Assembly (NCBI GenBank): GCA_964436255.1
Contig: CAYTBW010000002.1
Coordinates: 616 to 64,615 of the forward strand
DNA length: 64,000 bases
Origin: an uncultured Candidatus Saccharibacteria bacterium
GTDB taxonomy: Bacteria; Patescibacteriota; Saccharimonadia; CAILAD01; JADZBC01
Reading direction: 5' to 3'
Shown: positions 37,814-45,499 of the stretch, piece by piece
Position numbering within the stretch: position 1 is the stretch's first letter
How the letters are laid out: every line of letters begins with the position of its first letter
Program-made: the position numbers and the translations under genes
The notes under the pieces: model-generated
What the model was told of the DNA's origin: nothing
Database searches by the model: none
The model's input: the letters and a program-made list of their open reading frames with translations, nothing else

Positions 37814-38737
37814 ATGAGTAAAATCTACGACGTAATCATAATCGGAGCGGGACCGGCTGGCTATACGGCTGCTATATATACCTCTCGCGCCAGCTTGAGC
37901 ACGCTGATGATCGCTGGCGATACGCCAGGCGGCCAGCTGCTGTTAACGGGCGAAGTCGAGAACTTCCCTGGATTCAAAGAGGGTATTACCGGCCCTGCAC
38001 TGATGGATGAAATGAAGGCGCAGGCCAAGCGCTTCGGCACCGAGCTAATAAGCGAATTCGTAACCAAAGTAGAGCTCGACGGCGACGTAAAGAAGGTTTA
38101 CGTGGGCGAGGAAACGTATGAAGCGAAAACTGTAATTATTTCTACCGGCGCATCTGCTAACTGGTTGGGGCTTAAGAATGAACAACGCCTTATGAGCCAC
38201 GGCATAAGCGCCTGTGCTACCTGCGATGCATTCTTCTTCCGCGATAAAGAAGTGGTAGTTGTGGGCGGCGGCGACGTTGCAATGGAAGAGGCTCACGCGC
38301 TCACAAAGTTCGCTAGTAAGGTTTACATTGTTCACCGGCGCGACACGTTGCGGGCTAGTAAGATTATGCAAAAGCGCGCCATGGATGACCCTAAGATTGA
38401 TTTTATATGGAACACCGAAGTAATTGATGTACTCGGTAAAGACAACGTAGAGGGCGTTCGACTGAAAGATACCAAAGACGGCAGTGAGCGGGACTTTGCT
38501 TGTCAGGGTATGTTTGTGGCGATTGGCCACACCCCTGCTACTAGTTTATTCAAAGAATCTTTGGAATTGGACGAAAAAGGATACATTAAGGCCAAGGACT
38601 CAGTACTAACGGACATTCCAGGGGTCTTTGCAGCTGGCGACGTAGTTGATGCGCGCTACCGACAAGCCATTACGGCTGCGGGCGATGGTTGCCGTGCTGC
38701 ACTCGAAGTTGAACATTACCTCGCAAGTAAAGAGTAG
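37814..38737 (+). CDS. trxB: Thioredoxin reductase
   Basis: FAD 'GAGPAGYTAAIY', redox-active 'CATCDAFF', NADPH 'VVGGGD'. Start at ATG 37814. Confidence 0.85.
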   Translation: MSKIYDVIIIGAGPAGYTAAIYTSRASLSTLMIAGDTPGGQLLLTGEVENFPGFKEGITGPALMDEMKAQAKRFGTELISEFVTKVELDGDVKKVYVGEETYEAKTVIISTGASANWLGLKNEQRLMSHGISACATCDAFFFRDKEVVVVGGGDVAMEEAHALTKFASKVYIVHRRDTLRASKIMQKRAMDDPKIDFIWNTEVIDVLGKDNVEGVRLKDTKDGSERDFACQGMFVAIGHTPATSLFKESLELDEKGYIKAKDSVLTDIPGVFAAGDVVDARYRQAITAAGDGCRAALEVEHYLASKE

Positions 38738-38738
38738 T

Positions 38739-39332
38739 ATGGCCCAGGACGAAGCTTACAAGGCCCAAATAGAACGGCTCAAGCGCCGCGTTGCCGAGCT
38801 AGAACAGCAGGCGCATACCGATGAGCTAACGAGCATTATGAATCGTCGTGGTTTGATGCAGATGCTCACCGCCTTCACCCAAGAAGTAGACTTTCAGCTC
38901 AAGAATCCCGACCGAAGGCAGTTCCTTATCATTAAGTCGCTTAGCATACTATTTGTAGACGTAGATGATTTCAAAAAGATTAATGACCAATACGGCCACG
39001 GCATAGGCGATAAAGTATTATGCGAGATTGCGGCTTCGATTCGCGGTTCACTGCGAGGAATTGATGTGGTTGGTCGCTATGGCGGGGAGGAGATTGTGGT
39101 TGGCCTGATTGGGGCAGATCTGGATAGAGCTGCTAAGATTGCAGAAGACTTGCGAAGAAAGATTGAGGCCTTGCGATTTGATGGAGAAGCAGATGGACTG
39201 GGTGTCACCGCGTCATTTGGAGTTGCAAGCATGGCGGCTGGTTTAAGCGTTCAGGAATTATTGGGGCGTGCGGATGCGGCATTAAGCTCCGCTAAGGCAA
39301 ATGGCAAAAACAGGGTAGAGCTGCATGGCTAA
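38739..39332 (+). CDS. GGDEF-domain diguanylate cyclase (GGEEI variant) with an N-terminal coiled coil
   Basis: 'RYGGEEIVV' A-site with an RxxD I-site ('RGID') 5 residues upstream. Start ATG 38739 is 1 nt after the trxB stop. Confidence 0.75.
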   Translation: MAQDEAYKAQIERLKRRVAELEQQAHTDELTSIMNRRGLMQMLTAFTQEVDFQLKNPDRRQFLIIKSLSILFVDVDDFKKINDQYGHGIGDKVLCEIAASIRGSLRGIDVVGRYGGEEIVVGLIGADLDRAAKIAEDLRRKIEALRFDGEADGLGVTASFGVASMAAGLSVQELLGRADAALSSAKANGKNRVELHG

Positions 39333-39819
39333 GCGTCTTGATGGCCCGTATCGCCTTGGCTATATTAGGCCGTACCACAGCCCGGCTTTAGCTCGACTGT
39401 TTCAGTCTGCGCTCGATCAAGATTTTAGCTATTACAGCGATTCATATTTGGACCAGACGCGCCGTCAGAATACTGCGCCTAAGCTTGCTCTGGGTAGTTT
39501 GCGCCCTGATAGGATGCTGATTGGCCTATGGAGTGATGATTCTCTAGTGGGATATATTATTGGGGCTACGCGACCGGGCGAAGACAGTGGTGATATATTT
39601 TGGCTTTATGTCGAGCCCGAGCATCGTGGTCGCGGCCTGGGGGCCGATCTGCTCATGGAGTCAGTTGGCTGGTTGCAGCAGAAAGGCCTCAAGAGCGTTG
39701 AGCTTGTAACGTATGACCATGCAGAGTTTTATAAAAAGCATAACTTCAATCTGGAGCGAGTAGCCAAGGGCTTTATTGGCGGCCAAGATGTGTATATTAT
39801 GAAGAGGTCACTATTATGA
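39325..39819 (+). CDS. GNAT-family N-acetyltransferase
   Basis: 'LYVEPEHRGRGLGADLL' acetyl-CoA binding motif. Confidence 0.7.
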   Translation: MAKRLDGPYRLGYIRPYHSPALARLFQSALDQDFSYYSDSYLDQTRRQNTAPKLALGSLRPDRMLIGLWSDDSLVGYIIGATRPGEDSGDIFWLYVEPEHRGRGLGADLLMESVGWLQQKGLKSVELVTYDHAEFYKKHNFNLERVAKGFIGGQDVYIMKRSLL

Positions 39820-41219
39820 ACAAGTCTCATCCTAAAAAGAAACCCACAGCCCGCCACAAGGAGCCTGTGTACATGCCACCACTTCCGCGTCGAGCAAGCG
39901 CGAAACGGAAGATCAACTGGCCGAGATTCGCTGCTTGGTTGGCAATTACCCTGGGCCTTATGGCTGTTGCGTATTTTACGTATGCATACATTATGGCCGG
40001 CAGTACTCCGCAGACTCGGGATTTATTGACTCGTCTCGTAAACCCCCAGCAACCAAAGCCGAAGTTCGGCAAAGTTATTACCACCGAGCCAGTCGTTAGT
40101 TACGATGTGAATTCTACCAAAGCACTTATTCTGCAGGCCAATAAGGGCTACGTGCTGCCTGTGCAATCGGGAATCAATAAACAGGTGGTTCGCTACACGT
40201 CGTCAGACGAGGAGGGTCGAGAGGTGCCAGTGTATGCGCGCGTATATACTCCGGCAGGAACTACGGCGAACTCTGATTTACCTGTTTTCGCATTCGCTCC
40301 AGGGACTACCGGCATAGATGACAGGTGTGCTGCGAGCTTAGAGAAGCCAGCTGTCGCCAACTGGGCGAACTATGATTCCTTAATGGCTGCTTATGCGGCT
40401 CAGGGGTACGCTGTGGTAATTACTGACTACCAGGGCATGCGCGACCCAGATCGAACCCACCATTATATGGTTGGTGCCCAGGAGGGCCGCGCTGTGCTGG
40501 ATAGTATTCGCGTGCTGGAGAATTTGCCCGCCACAAAGGGGGCTATTGATGCGGAGAATATATTCGTAGCTGGCTACTCACAGGGTGGGCATGCTGCACT
40601 CTGGGCAGACATGATTGCCGATGATTATGCCCCTGAGCTGGACATAAAGGGCCTCGTTGGTTTTGGCCCTGTTAGCGATGTACAGACAACGCTCGCCGAC
40701 ATAACACGCGGAGCAAACATAAATTGGTTCGGACCTTTCATACTTACAGCGTACCAAGACTACTACCGTAGCAATTACGACCTGAGCTCATATTTGCTGC
40801 CAAAGTGGCAACAAGGCATTAAGTCGGATATCGCCACGCAGTGTATAAACACCGTGATCCCGCACTGGGGCAAAAACTCAGCCGCCATATACCAGCCTGC
40901 GTTCTTGAGCGCATTGTTGCGCGGAGACCTGTCTGGCAATTATAGTGATTTGGCTCGCGACCTCGCTAAGAATCGTGCGGGTACAATCTCTACCCCTACC
41001 GCTAAGTTAATTAACCATGGTCAAAAGGATAACGTTGTATTGCCGAGCCAGTCCGAGGCATTGCGACAAAGGCTGTGCCGCTTGGGCGGCGGCCAGGTCA
41101 CCGTCAAGTATTACCCCACGGCTACTCATTACGATACCATGGCCCAGAGTTTCAATGACACGATGAATTGGATGTCGGCCGTACGGTCAGGCCAGCCTAC
41201 TACTTCAAGTTGCCAATGA
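39816..41219 (+). CDS. Membrane-anchored secretory lipase/esterase (alpha/beta hydrolase, LIP family-like)
   Basis: N-terminal TM. 'GYSQGGHAALWA' GxSxG nucleophile elbow. Size and layout match secretory lipases. Confidence 0.55.
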   Translation: MNKSHPKKKPTARHKEPVYMPPLPRRASAKRKINWPRFAAWLAITLGLMAVAYFTYAYIMAGSTPQTRDLLTRLVNPQQPKPKFGKVITTEPVVSYDVNSTKALILQANKGYVLPVQSGINKQVVRYTSSDEEGREVPVYARVYTPAGTTANSDLPVFAFAPGTTGIDDRCAASLEKPAVANWANYDSLMAAYAAQGYAVVITDYQGMRDPDRTHHYMVGAQEGRAVLDSIRVLENLPATKGAIDAENIFVAGYSQGGHAALWADMIADDYAPELDIKGLVGFGPVSDVQTTLADITRGANINWFGPFILTAYQDYYRSNYDLSSYLLPKWQQGIKSDIATQCINTVIPHWGKNSAAIYQPAFLSALLRGDLSGNYSDLARDLAKNRAGTISTPTAKLINHGQKDNVVLPSQSEALRQRLCRLGGGQVTVKYYPTATHYDTMAQSFNDTMNWMSAVRSGQPTTSSCQ

Positions 41220-41617
41220 ACTTCTTTGTTTCAGGCCGAATCGATGACATAGAGGATGTTCGCGCGGTGATGCGCAAGATTGTTGCCTCAGGCCACAAGA
41301 TTACTCACGATTGGACTAAGACCGATACATTTTTGGGGAGCACTACAGACAAGCTGAATGATGTTGCCGAGTCAGGTTTACGCGCGTCTAATGACATCCA
41401 GGGAGTACTTGATGCAGATGTTTATGTACTCGTGAGCAGTAACGCTACAGTTGGCAAGGGAATGTATGTAGAGCTCGGCGCAGCCCTCGCAGCCCAGCAA
41501 TTAGGCGGTAAGACGAAGGTCTATATCATCGGCCCCATGAACCATCTCTCGGTCTTCTATTTGCACCCCGCAGTTTTACACAAGGACACAATCGAAGATG
41601 TGTTCGACTCTTTATGA
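41216..41617 (+). CDS. Nucleoside 2-deoxyribosyltransferase-like (NDT family) protein
   Basis: 'ADVYVLVSSNATVGKGMYVELGAALAAQQLGGKTKVYIIGP' matches the NDT-fold core with a conserved Glu. ATG 41216 overlaps the lipase stop (ATGA). Confidence 0.4.
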   Translation: MNFFVSGRIDDIEDVRAVMRKIVASGHKITHDWTKTDTFLGSTTDKLNDVAESGLRASNDIQGVLDADVYVLVSSNATVGKGMYVELGAALAAQQLGGKTKVYIIGPMNHLSVFYLHPAVLHKDTIEDVFDSL

Positions 41618-42139
41618 AGCTAGCAGCAATAGATACATTTGCAAGTAGAATAAATTCGTGTTGAACAGCTGAATAGTCCAAAAGTATCTATAAGGCAAGA
41701 CCCCAGAGACCGGGTACCCTGCGATGATAATGGCCTCGGTAATGATGAGTGCAAGCCTAGCCTGGCTCGGCAGTGATAGTGTGAAGATGGCGACGACTCC
41801 CATTGCAACCACGAAGAAGCTCATAACATAAGCGAGCGCTGTGTGAGCTGGCAGGTACCTGCCCCTCGCCGGTACAACCGCTTGTAGCCACTCGGTTATG
41901 ATGCCTGCAATGGCTAGGGAAAAGAGGATTTTACTATCGTAGTAGATGTAGAACAGTCCGTAGCTGAAGACGGCGAAAGCGAGCCCGCCAATGAAGTGGG
42001 CGGCGACATATATGGAAAGCGATAGGTCGTCTTCAACGGCACGCTCGCTGATTGTGGGCCTGCCCTTGCCGCGGTGGCGGAGCAGTAGGTATCCGTGAGT
42101 GAGGTTTGTGGCTAGAAAAGAGATAAGGAGGGCTTGCAT
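41612..42139 (-). CDS. Hypothetical polytopic membrane protein
   Basis: 4-5 hydrophobic helices; no recognisable family. Confidence 0.3.
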   Translation of the reverse strand: MQALLISFLATNLTHGYLLLRHRGKGRPTISERAVEDDLSLSIYVAAHFIGGLAFAVFSYGLFYIYYDSKILFSLAIAGIITEWLQAVVPARGRYLPAHTALAYVMSFFVVAMGVVAIFTLSLPSQARLALIITEAIIIAGYPVSGVLPYRYFWTIQLFNTNLFYLQMYLLLLAS

Positions 42140-42192
42140 GGTACTATTTTACATCAAAACAAAAACCGCCCTGAGTATTGGACGGAAATGTT

Positions 42193-42498
42193 TTAGGCCT
42201 TGATATCAGTGATAGTGAGTTCAGCGTACTTTTGGCGATGGCCAGTCTTGGTGCTTTGTCGCTTCTTGGCTTTGTATTTCAAGATAACAACTTTTTTGCC
42301 CTTAACTTGATCTTCGGCAACGGTGGCTTTAACCACGGCGTTTTCTAGAACCGGCTTGCCAACCTGTACGTTATCTCCATCAATAATCATGAGTGGCTTA
42401 AACTCAACAGCCTTCTCGTCGCCAAGAAGTTCGGTCTGGATCTTTTGACCCTTTTCTACGATGTACTGCTTTGAGCCAGCTTCAATTACTGCAATCAT
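42193..42498 (-). CDS. rplU: 50S ribosomal protein L21
   Basis: 'MIAVIEAGSKQYIVEKGQKI...GHRQKYAEL'. Confidence 0.8.
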   Translation of the reverse strand: MIAVIEAGSKQYIVEKGQKIQTELLGDEKAVEFKPLMIIDGDNVQVGKPVLENAVVKATVAEDQVKGKKVVILKYKAKKRQSTKTGHRQKYAELTITDIKA

Positions 42499-42634
42499 AT
42501 GATTCCTCGTTTTTTGTTAGTCAATAAACAATCTTAGCAGATTCGGTAGTGTTTGTAAACGTCTTGGGGCTGATGAAATTGGCTGGCTGTATCTGTTGAT
42601 GCATGCTAGAATAGGTAAGACAAAGGAGGGTGAA

Positions 42635-43396
42635 GTGTCTCATATTATTGCTATAGCCAATCAAAAAGGCGGGGTAGGGAAAACCACGACCAGTATCAAC
42701 CTGGGCGCTTATTTGGCAAAGCAAGGGCAAAAGGTCCTGATAGTTGATCTTGACCCTCAGGGCAATAGCTCGAGCGGGCTGGCGATAGCTAAGAATCAGC
42801 TACCTTCAACCGCGTACAATGTGCTGGTAGAAGACGCACCAGCAGTAAGCGCCATCCAGCCTACTGGTGTACCGAAGCTAGATGTGCTGCCCGCCAACTC
42901 TGTCTTGGCTGCCGCCGAGCTAGAACTGTCGAACATACAACAGCGCGAATACCAATTAAGGAAGGCTCTCGGGAATTTGGAATACGACTATATACTGATT
43001 GACTGCCCGCCATCCCTTGGCTTATTAACTCTAAATGGCCTTGTGGCGGCTACCCACCTACTCATCCCCGTTCAATCCGAGTTCTACGCCCTTGAAGGCC
43101 TTGGGCAACTATTGGCTACCGTCAAGCGTGTTCGACAGGGTCTTAATCCGCAGCTGACCCTACTTGGTGTAGTGATTACTATGCATTCGTCCCGCACCAG
43201 CCTGGCCACCCAGGTACAAAAGGAACTCAAACATCACTTTCCAGATACATTGTTTGATACGATAATTCCGCGTAATATTAGGTTAGCAGAGGCGCCAAGC
43301 CATGGCCGGCCGATTAGTCAGTACGACCGGTTCTCAAAAGGCGCCCAGAGTTACAAAAAGTTAGCCAAGGAGGTAATGCAACGTGTCAGCAAGTAG
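42635..43396 (+). CDS. parA: Chromosome partitioning ATPase ParA/Soj
   Basis: Deviant Walker A 'KGGVGKTT'. GTG start at 42635 with AAAGGAGGG RBS. Confidence 0.85.
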   Translation: MSHIIAIANQKGGVGKTTTSINLGAYLAKQGQKVLIVDLDPQGNSSSGLAIAKNQLPSTAYNVLVEDAPAVSAIQPTGVPKLDVLPANSVLAAAELELSNIQQREYQLRKALGNLEYDYILIDCPPSLGLLTLNGLVAATHLLIPVQSEFYALEGLGQLLATVKRVRQGLNPQLTLLGVVITMHSSRTSLATQVQKELKHHFPDTLFDTIIPRNIRLAEAPSHGRPISQYDRFSKGAQSYKKLAKEVMQRVSK

Positions 43397-44279
43397 TCAA
43401 GGAAGCAGCCGTTTAGGTCGAGGCTTAGATAGTCTGATACCTACGGACATCGATGAGTTTGCAGCACCATCCATGCCGAAGGAGTTGGTCAAGGAAGGCG
43501 CGCGCGTCGAAGACTTAGGGATCAACGACATCGTCCCAAACCCAAACCAGCCCCGCTCGAACTTTTCCGATGAACAGTTGGGAGAGTTGGCCCAGTCGAT
43601 CAAGGAGCACGGGATTGTTCAGCCGTTGGTAGTCGTGCGTGAAGGTGGCACTTACCAGCTCATTGCCGGTGAACGTAGGCTGCGTGCCGCTAAGTTAGTT
43701 GGCCTCAAGACAGTGCCTGCAATTGTGCGAAGCTTTTCGCAGCAGGAGCAGCTAGAAGTCGCTTTGATAGAAAACATACAGCGAAGCGAGCTCAATGCAC
43801 TCGAACTAGCAAGTGCCTACGCTAAGTTGGCAGATCAGTTTAGTATGACGCTCGAGCAGATATCTCAGCGTGTGGGCAAGGCTGTATCCACCGTGGGTAA
43901 CATCATGAGGCTGCTGAATCTACCCCACGAAGCCAAGCAGGCGTTAAACGATGGCGTTATTACCGAAGGGCATGCCAGACAGATCCTTGCTGTAACTGGC
44001 CCAGAAGACCAGTTGCTATTCTTAGATATGATTATTAAGGGTGGACTGAATGTGCGTCAAGCCGAAGAGCTTGCTCGCAACTTTAAGAAAGAAGGCAAGG
44101 AGGCCGTTAAGAAGGTTGTAGAGAAGCAGACATACAACGCTCAACTGACTGCCGACCTTGGTAAGTACTTAGGCACCAAAGTTGATGTTCATAAGACCGC
44201 CAAAGGCGGCAAGCTCGTAATTGAATTCTATTCCGACGAAGAACTTGGCCGTTTGTACCACCAGATTCTCGGCGAGTAG
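43383..44279 (+). CDS. parB: Chromosome partitioning protein ParB/Spo0J
   Basis: 'GERRLRAA' ParB box plus HTH. Confidence 0.85.
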   Translation: MSASSQGSSRLGRGLDSLIPTDIDEFAAPSMPKELVKEGARVEDLGINDIVPNPNQPRSNFSDEQLGELAQSIKEHGIVQPLVVVREGGTYQLIAGERRLRAAKLVGLKTVPAIVRSFSQQEQLEVALIENIQRSELNALELASAYAKLADQFSMTLEQISQRVGKAVSTVGNIMRLLNLPHEAKQALNDGVITEGHARQILAVTGPEDQLLFLDMIIKGGLNVRQAEELARNFKKEGKEAVKKVVEKQTYNAQLTADLGKYLGTKVDVHKTAKGGKLVIEFYSDEELGRLYHQILGE

Positions 44280-44309
44280 TTGAAAGTATGGCGCCAAACT
44301 TTTGAGGCC

Positions 44310-44338
44310 TTGACATATAGCCACAAGCGGTATACAAT
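44310..44338 (+). promoter_or_regulatory. Strong sigma70 promoter (TTGACA-N17-TACAAT) driving the T-box leader
   Basis: Consensus -35 TTGACA at 44310-44315, 17-nt spacer, TACAAT at 44333-44338. Confidence 0.7.
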
Positions 44339-44345
44339 ATTTTCA

Positions 44346-44640
44346 GTTCTTTGCAATATTTCAAAACCCATATTTGATTCCTGCACATATTTGTCGCAGG
44401 GTTGGGGTCAGATTTTCACTTAAGTGAAGGGTGGTTACTGCGTTAGTGGTAGCCCGGGTTCCTCCGTAATCATAGGATAGCTGTTGTCGTCTACGGTATG
44501 TAGAGTCTGAGTCAGCGAAGAGGTCTTTTTTCGTACAAGAAAGTACAGTCAAGACAAAGCAAGGTGGCACCGCGGTTTCATAGAATACCGCCCTTGTTGC
44601 ATATCTATTTAGGTATGCAATGAGGGCGGGATTTTTGTTT
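44346..44640 (+). promoter_or_regulatory. T-box riboswitch (tRNA-Trp-responsive, transcription-termination type) upstream of the AstE/AspA-family gene and trpS
   Basis: T-box sequence AAGGUGGCACCGCGG at 44561-44575 folds as a canonical antiterminator: AAGG-[UGGCACC bulge]-GCGGU...ACCGC-CCUU, with UGGC matching discriminator G73 of tRNA-Trp. F-box GCGUUA at 44440-44445. Mutually exclusive terminator CCGCCCUUGUUGCAUA...UAUGCAAUGAGGGCGG plus U-run at 44588-44640. Confidence 0.8.
44588..44640 (+). terminator. Intrinsic terminator of the T-box leader
   Basis: Long GC-rich hairpin followed by GAUUUUUGUUU; shares ACCGCCCUU with the antiterminator. Confidence 0.8.
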
Positions 44641-44695
44641 CCCGCAGACCCAATCCATGAAAGGAGAGCCTGATGGACTGGTGAGAAATGGGTAC

Positions 44696-44758
44696 GGCAC
44701 CCTTATGCCGACTAACGGTGCCCCGGGAGTTTACGCTCTCGGGGCACCACCCCCAAAG
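44696..44758 (+). promoter_or_regulatory. Two consecutive stable hairpins immediately upstream of the RBS of the AstE/AspA-family gene
   Basis: GGCACCC..GGUGCC, then a 13-bp stem GGUGCCCCGGGAG-UUUACG-CUCUCGGGGCACC ending 7 nt before RBS AAAGGAAG. No U-tract. Confidence 0.4.
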
Positions 44759-44765
44759 GAAGAAT

Positions 44766-45488
44766 ATGAAAGTTATACAAAACAATAATCCGTCAAAGTA
44801 CAAGGTTACACTTGTCGGTTGCGTCCATGGTAATGAACGTTTCGGCAAGGTAGCTTTTGAGTACTTTGAAAAAGAACTGTCCAGGTTCCCCGGGCTGACG
44901 ATAATATTGGCTAACGAGGAAGCTATGGCGCTGCGTAAGAGGTGTGTGGACGCTGACCTTAACAGGTCGTTCCCTGGGAACCCGCTAGGGAATACAGAGG
45001 AGAGGTTAGCTCACGAACTTTTGTCTGTGATTGATCCTGCCAGCTTTGTTCTAGATATTCATTCAACTCGATCGGAGATGAAAATGATACCAATAGTAAC
45101 GAACCTGTCTGGCCGGACTCGCAAGATCATGAACCATCTCGCTGAAACTGATGTCGTCTACATGAAAGGTGGTTTCGGCTCGCTTATAAGTCAGTTTAGA
45201 GCGGCCGTCTCGCTCGAATACAACGATGCGTACTCCAAAGAATCTCGTAATATTCCACAACTAGATAAACTGGTCTCAGCGCTCTTGTCTGGTGGTCATA
45301 AGCCGACTAAGACCCACCGTGTATTTGAGTGCCTTGGAAAGATCCCCCTGGATGTGCCAGTGTCTGCTGCCGCAAAGAATTTTGAGGTGATGGAGGGCAC
45401 GAATATTATCCCGTTCTTGCCAAGGCGGGTGCCGTTTCGTGGTTCAAAGGGCTTCTACTTGAGCAAGCCGAAAGCATTAAAGTGTTAA
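44766..45488 (+). CDS. Succinylglutamate desuccinylase/aspartoacylase (AstE/AspA, M14-like) family protein
   Basis: 'VGCVHGNERFG' zinc-binding motif, 'DLNRSFPG', 'DIHST'. Start ATG 44766 with RBS. Confidence 0.65.
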   Translation: MKVIQNNNPSKYKVTLVGCVHGNERFGKVAFEYFEKELSRFPGLTIILANEEAMALRKRCVDADLNRSFPGNPLGNTEERLAHELLSVIDPASFVLDIHSTRSEMKMIPIVTNLSGRTRKIMNHLAETDVVYMKGGFGSLISQFRAAVSLEYNDAYSKESRNIPQLDKLVSALLSGGHKPTKTHRVFECLGKIPLDVPVSAAAKNFEVMEGTNIIPFLPRRVPFRGSKGFYLSKPKALKC

Positions 45489-45499
45489 GGAGAAACAAC

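Noticed and set aside
44413-44431. 14-bp perfect palindrome TTCACTTAAGTGAA, checked as a possible ParB-binding parS site next to parAB.
   Set aside because: It lacks the CACGTG core of parS (TGTTTCACGTGAAACA) and lies inside the T-box Stem I region, where it more likely forms an RNA hairpin.
44446-44456. 'AGTGGTAGCCCGGGTTCC' resembling tRNA D-loop and T-loop fragments.
   Set aside because: No cloverleaf can be drawn (no acceptor stem, no GTTCGAATCC T-loop). It is part of the T-box leader.
44346-44640. Considered whether the ~300-nt promoter-to-terminator unit is a stand-alone ncRNA (RNase P RNA, tmRNA, SRP or 6S RNA).
   Set aside because: None of the universal RNase P (GGAAAGUCCGGGCUCC), tmRNA (5' GGGG...3' T-arm/CCA) or SRP (GUCAGGUCCGGAAGGAAGCAGC) signatures are present. 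The segment does contain a perfect T-box antiterminator/terminator pair and an F-box, and it is followed by trpS.
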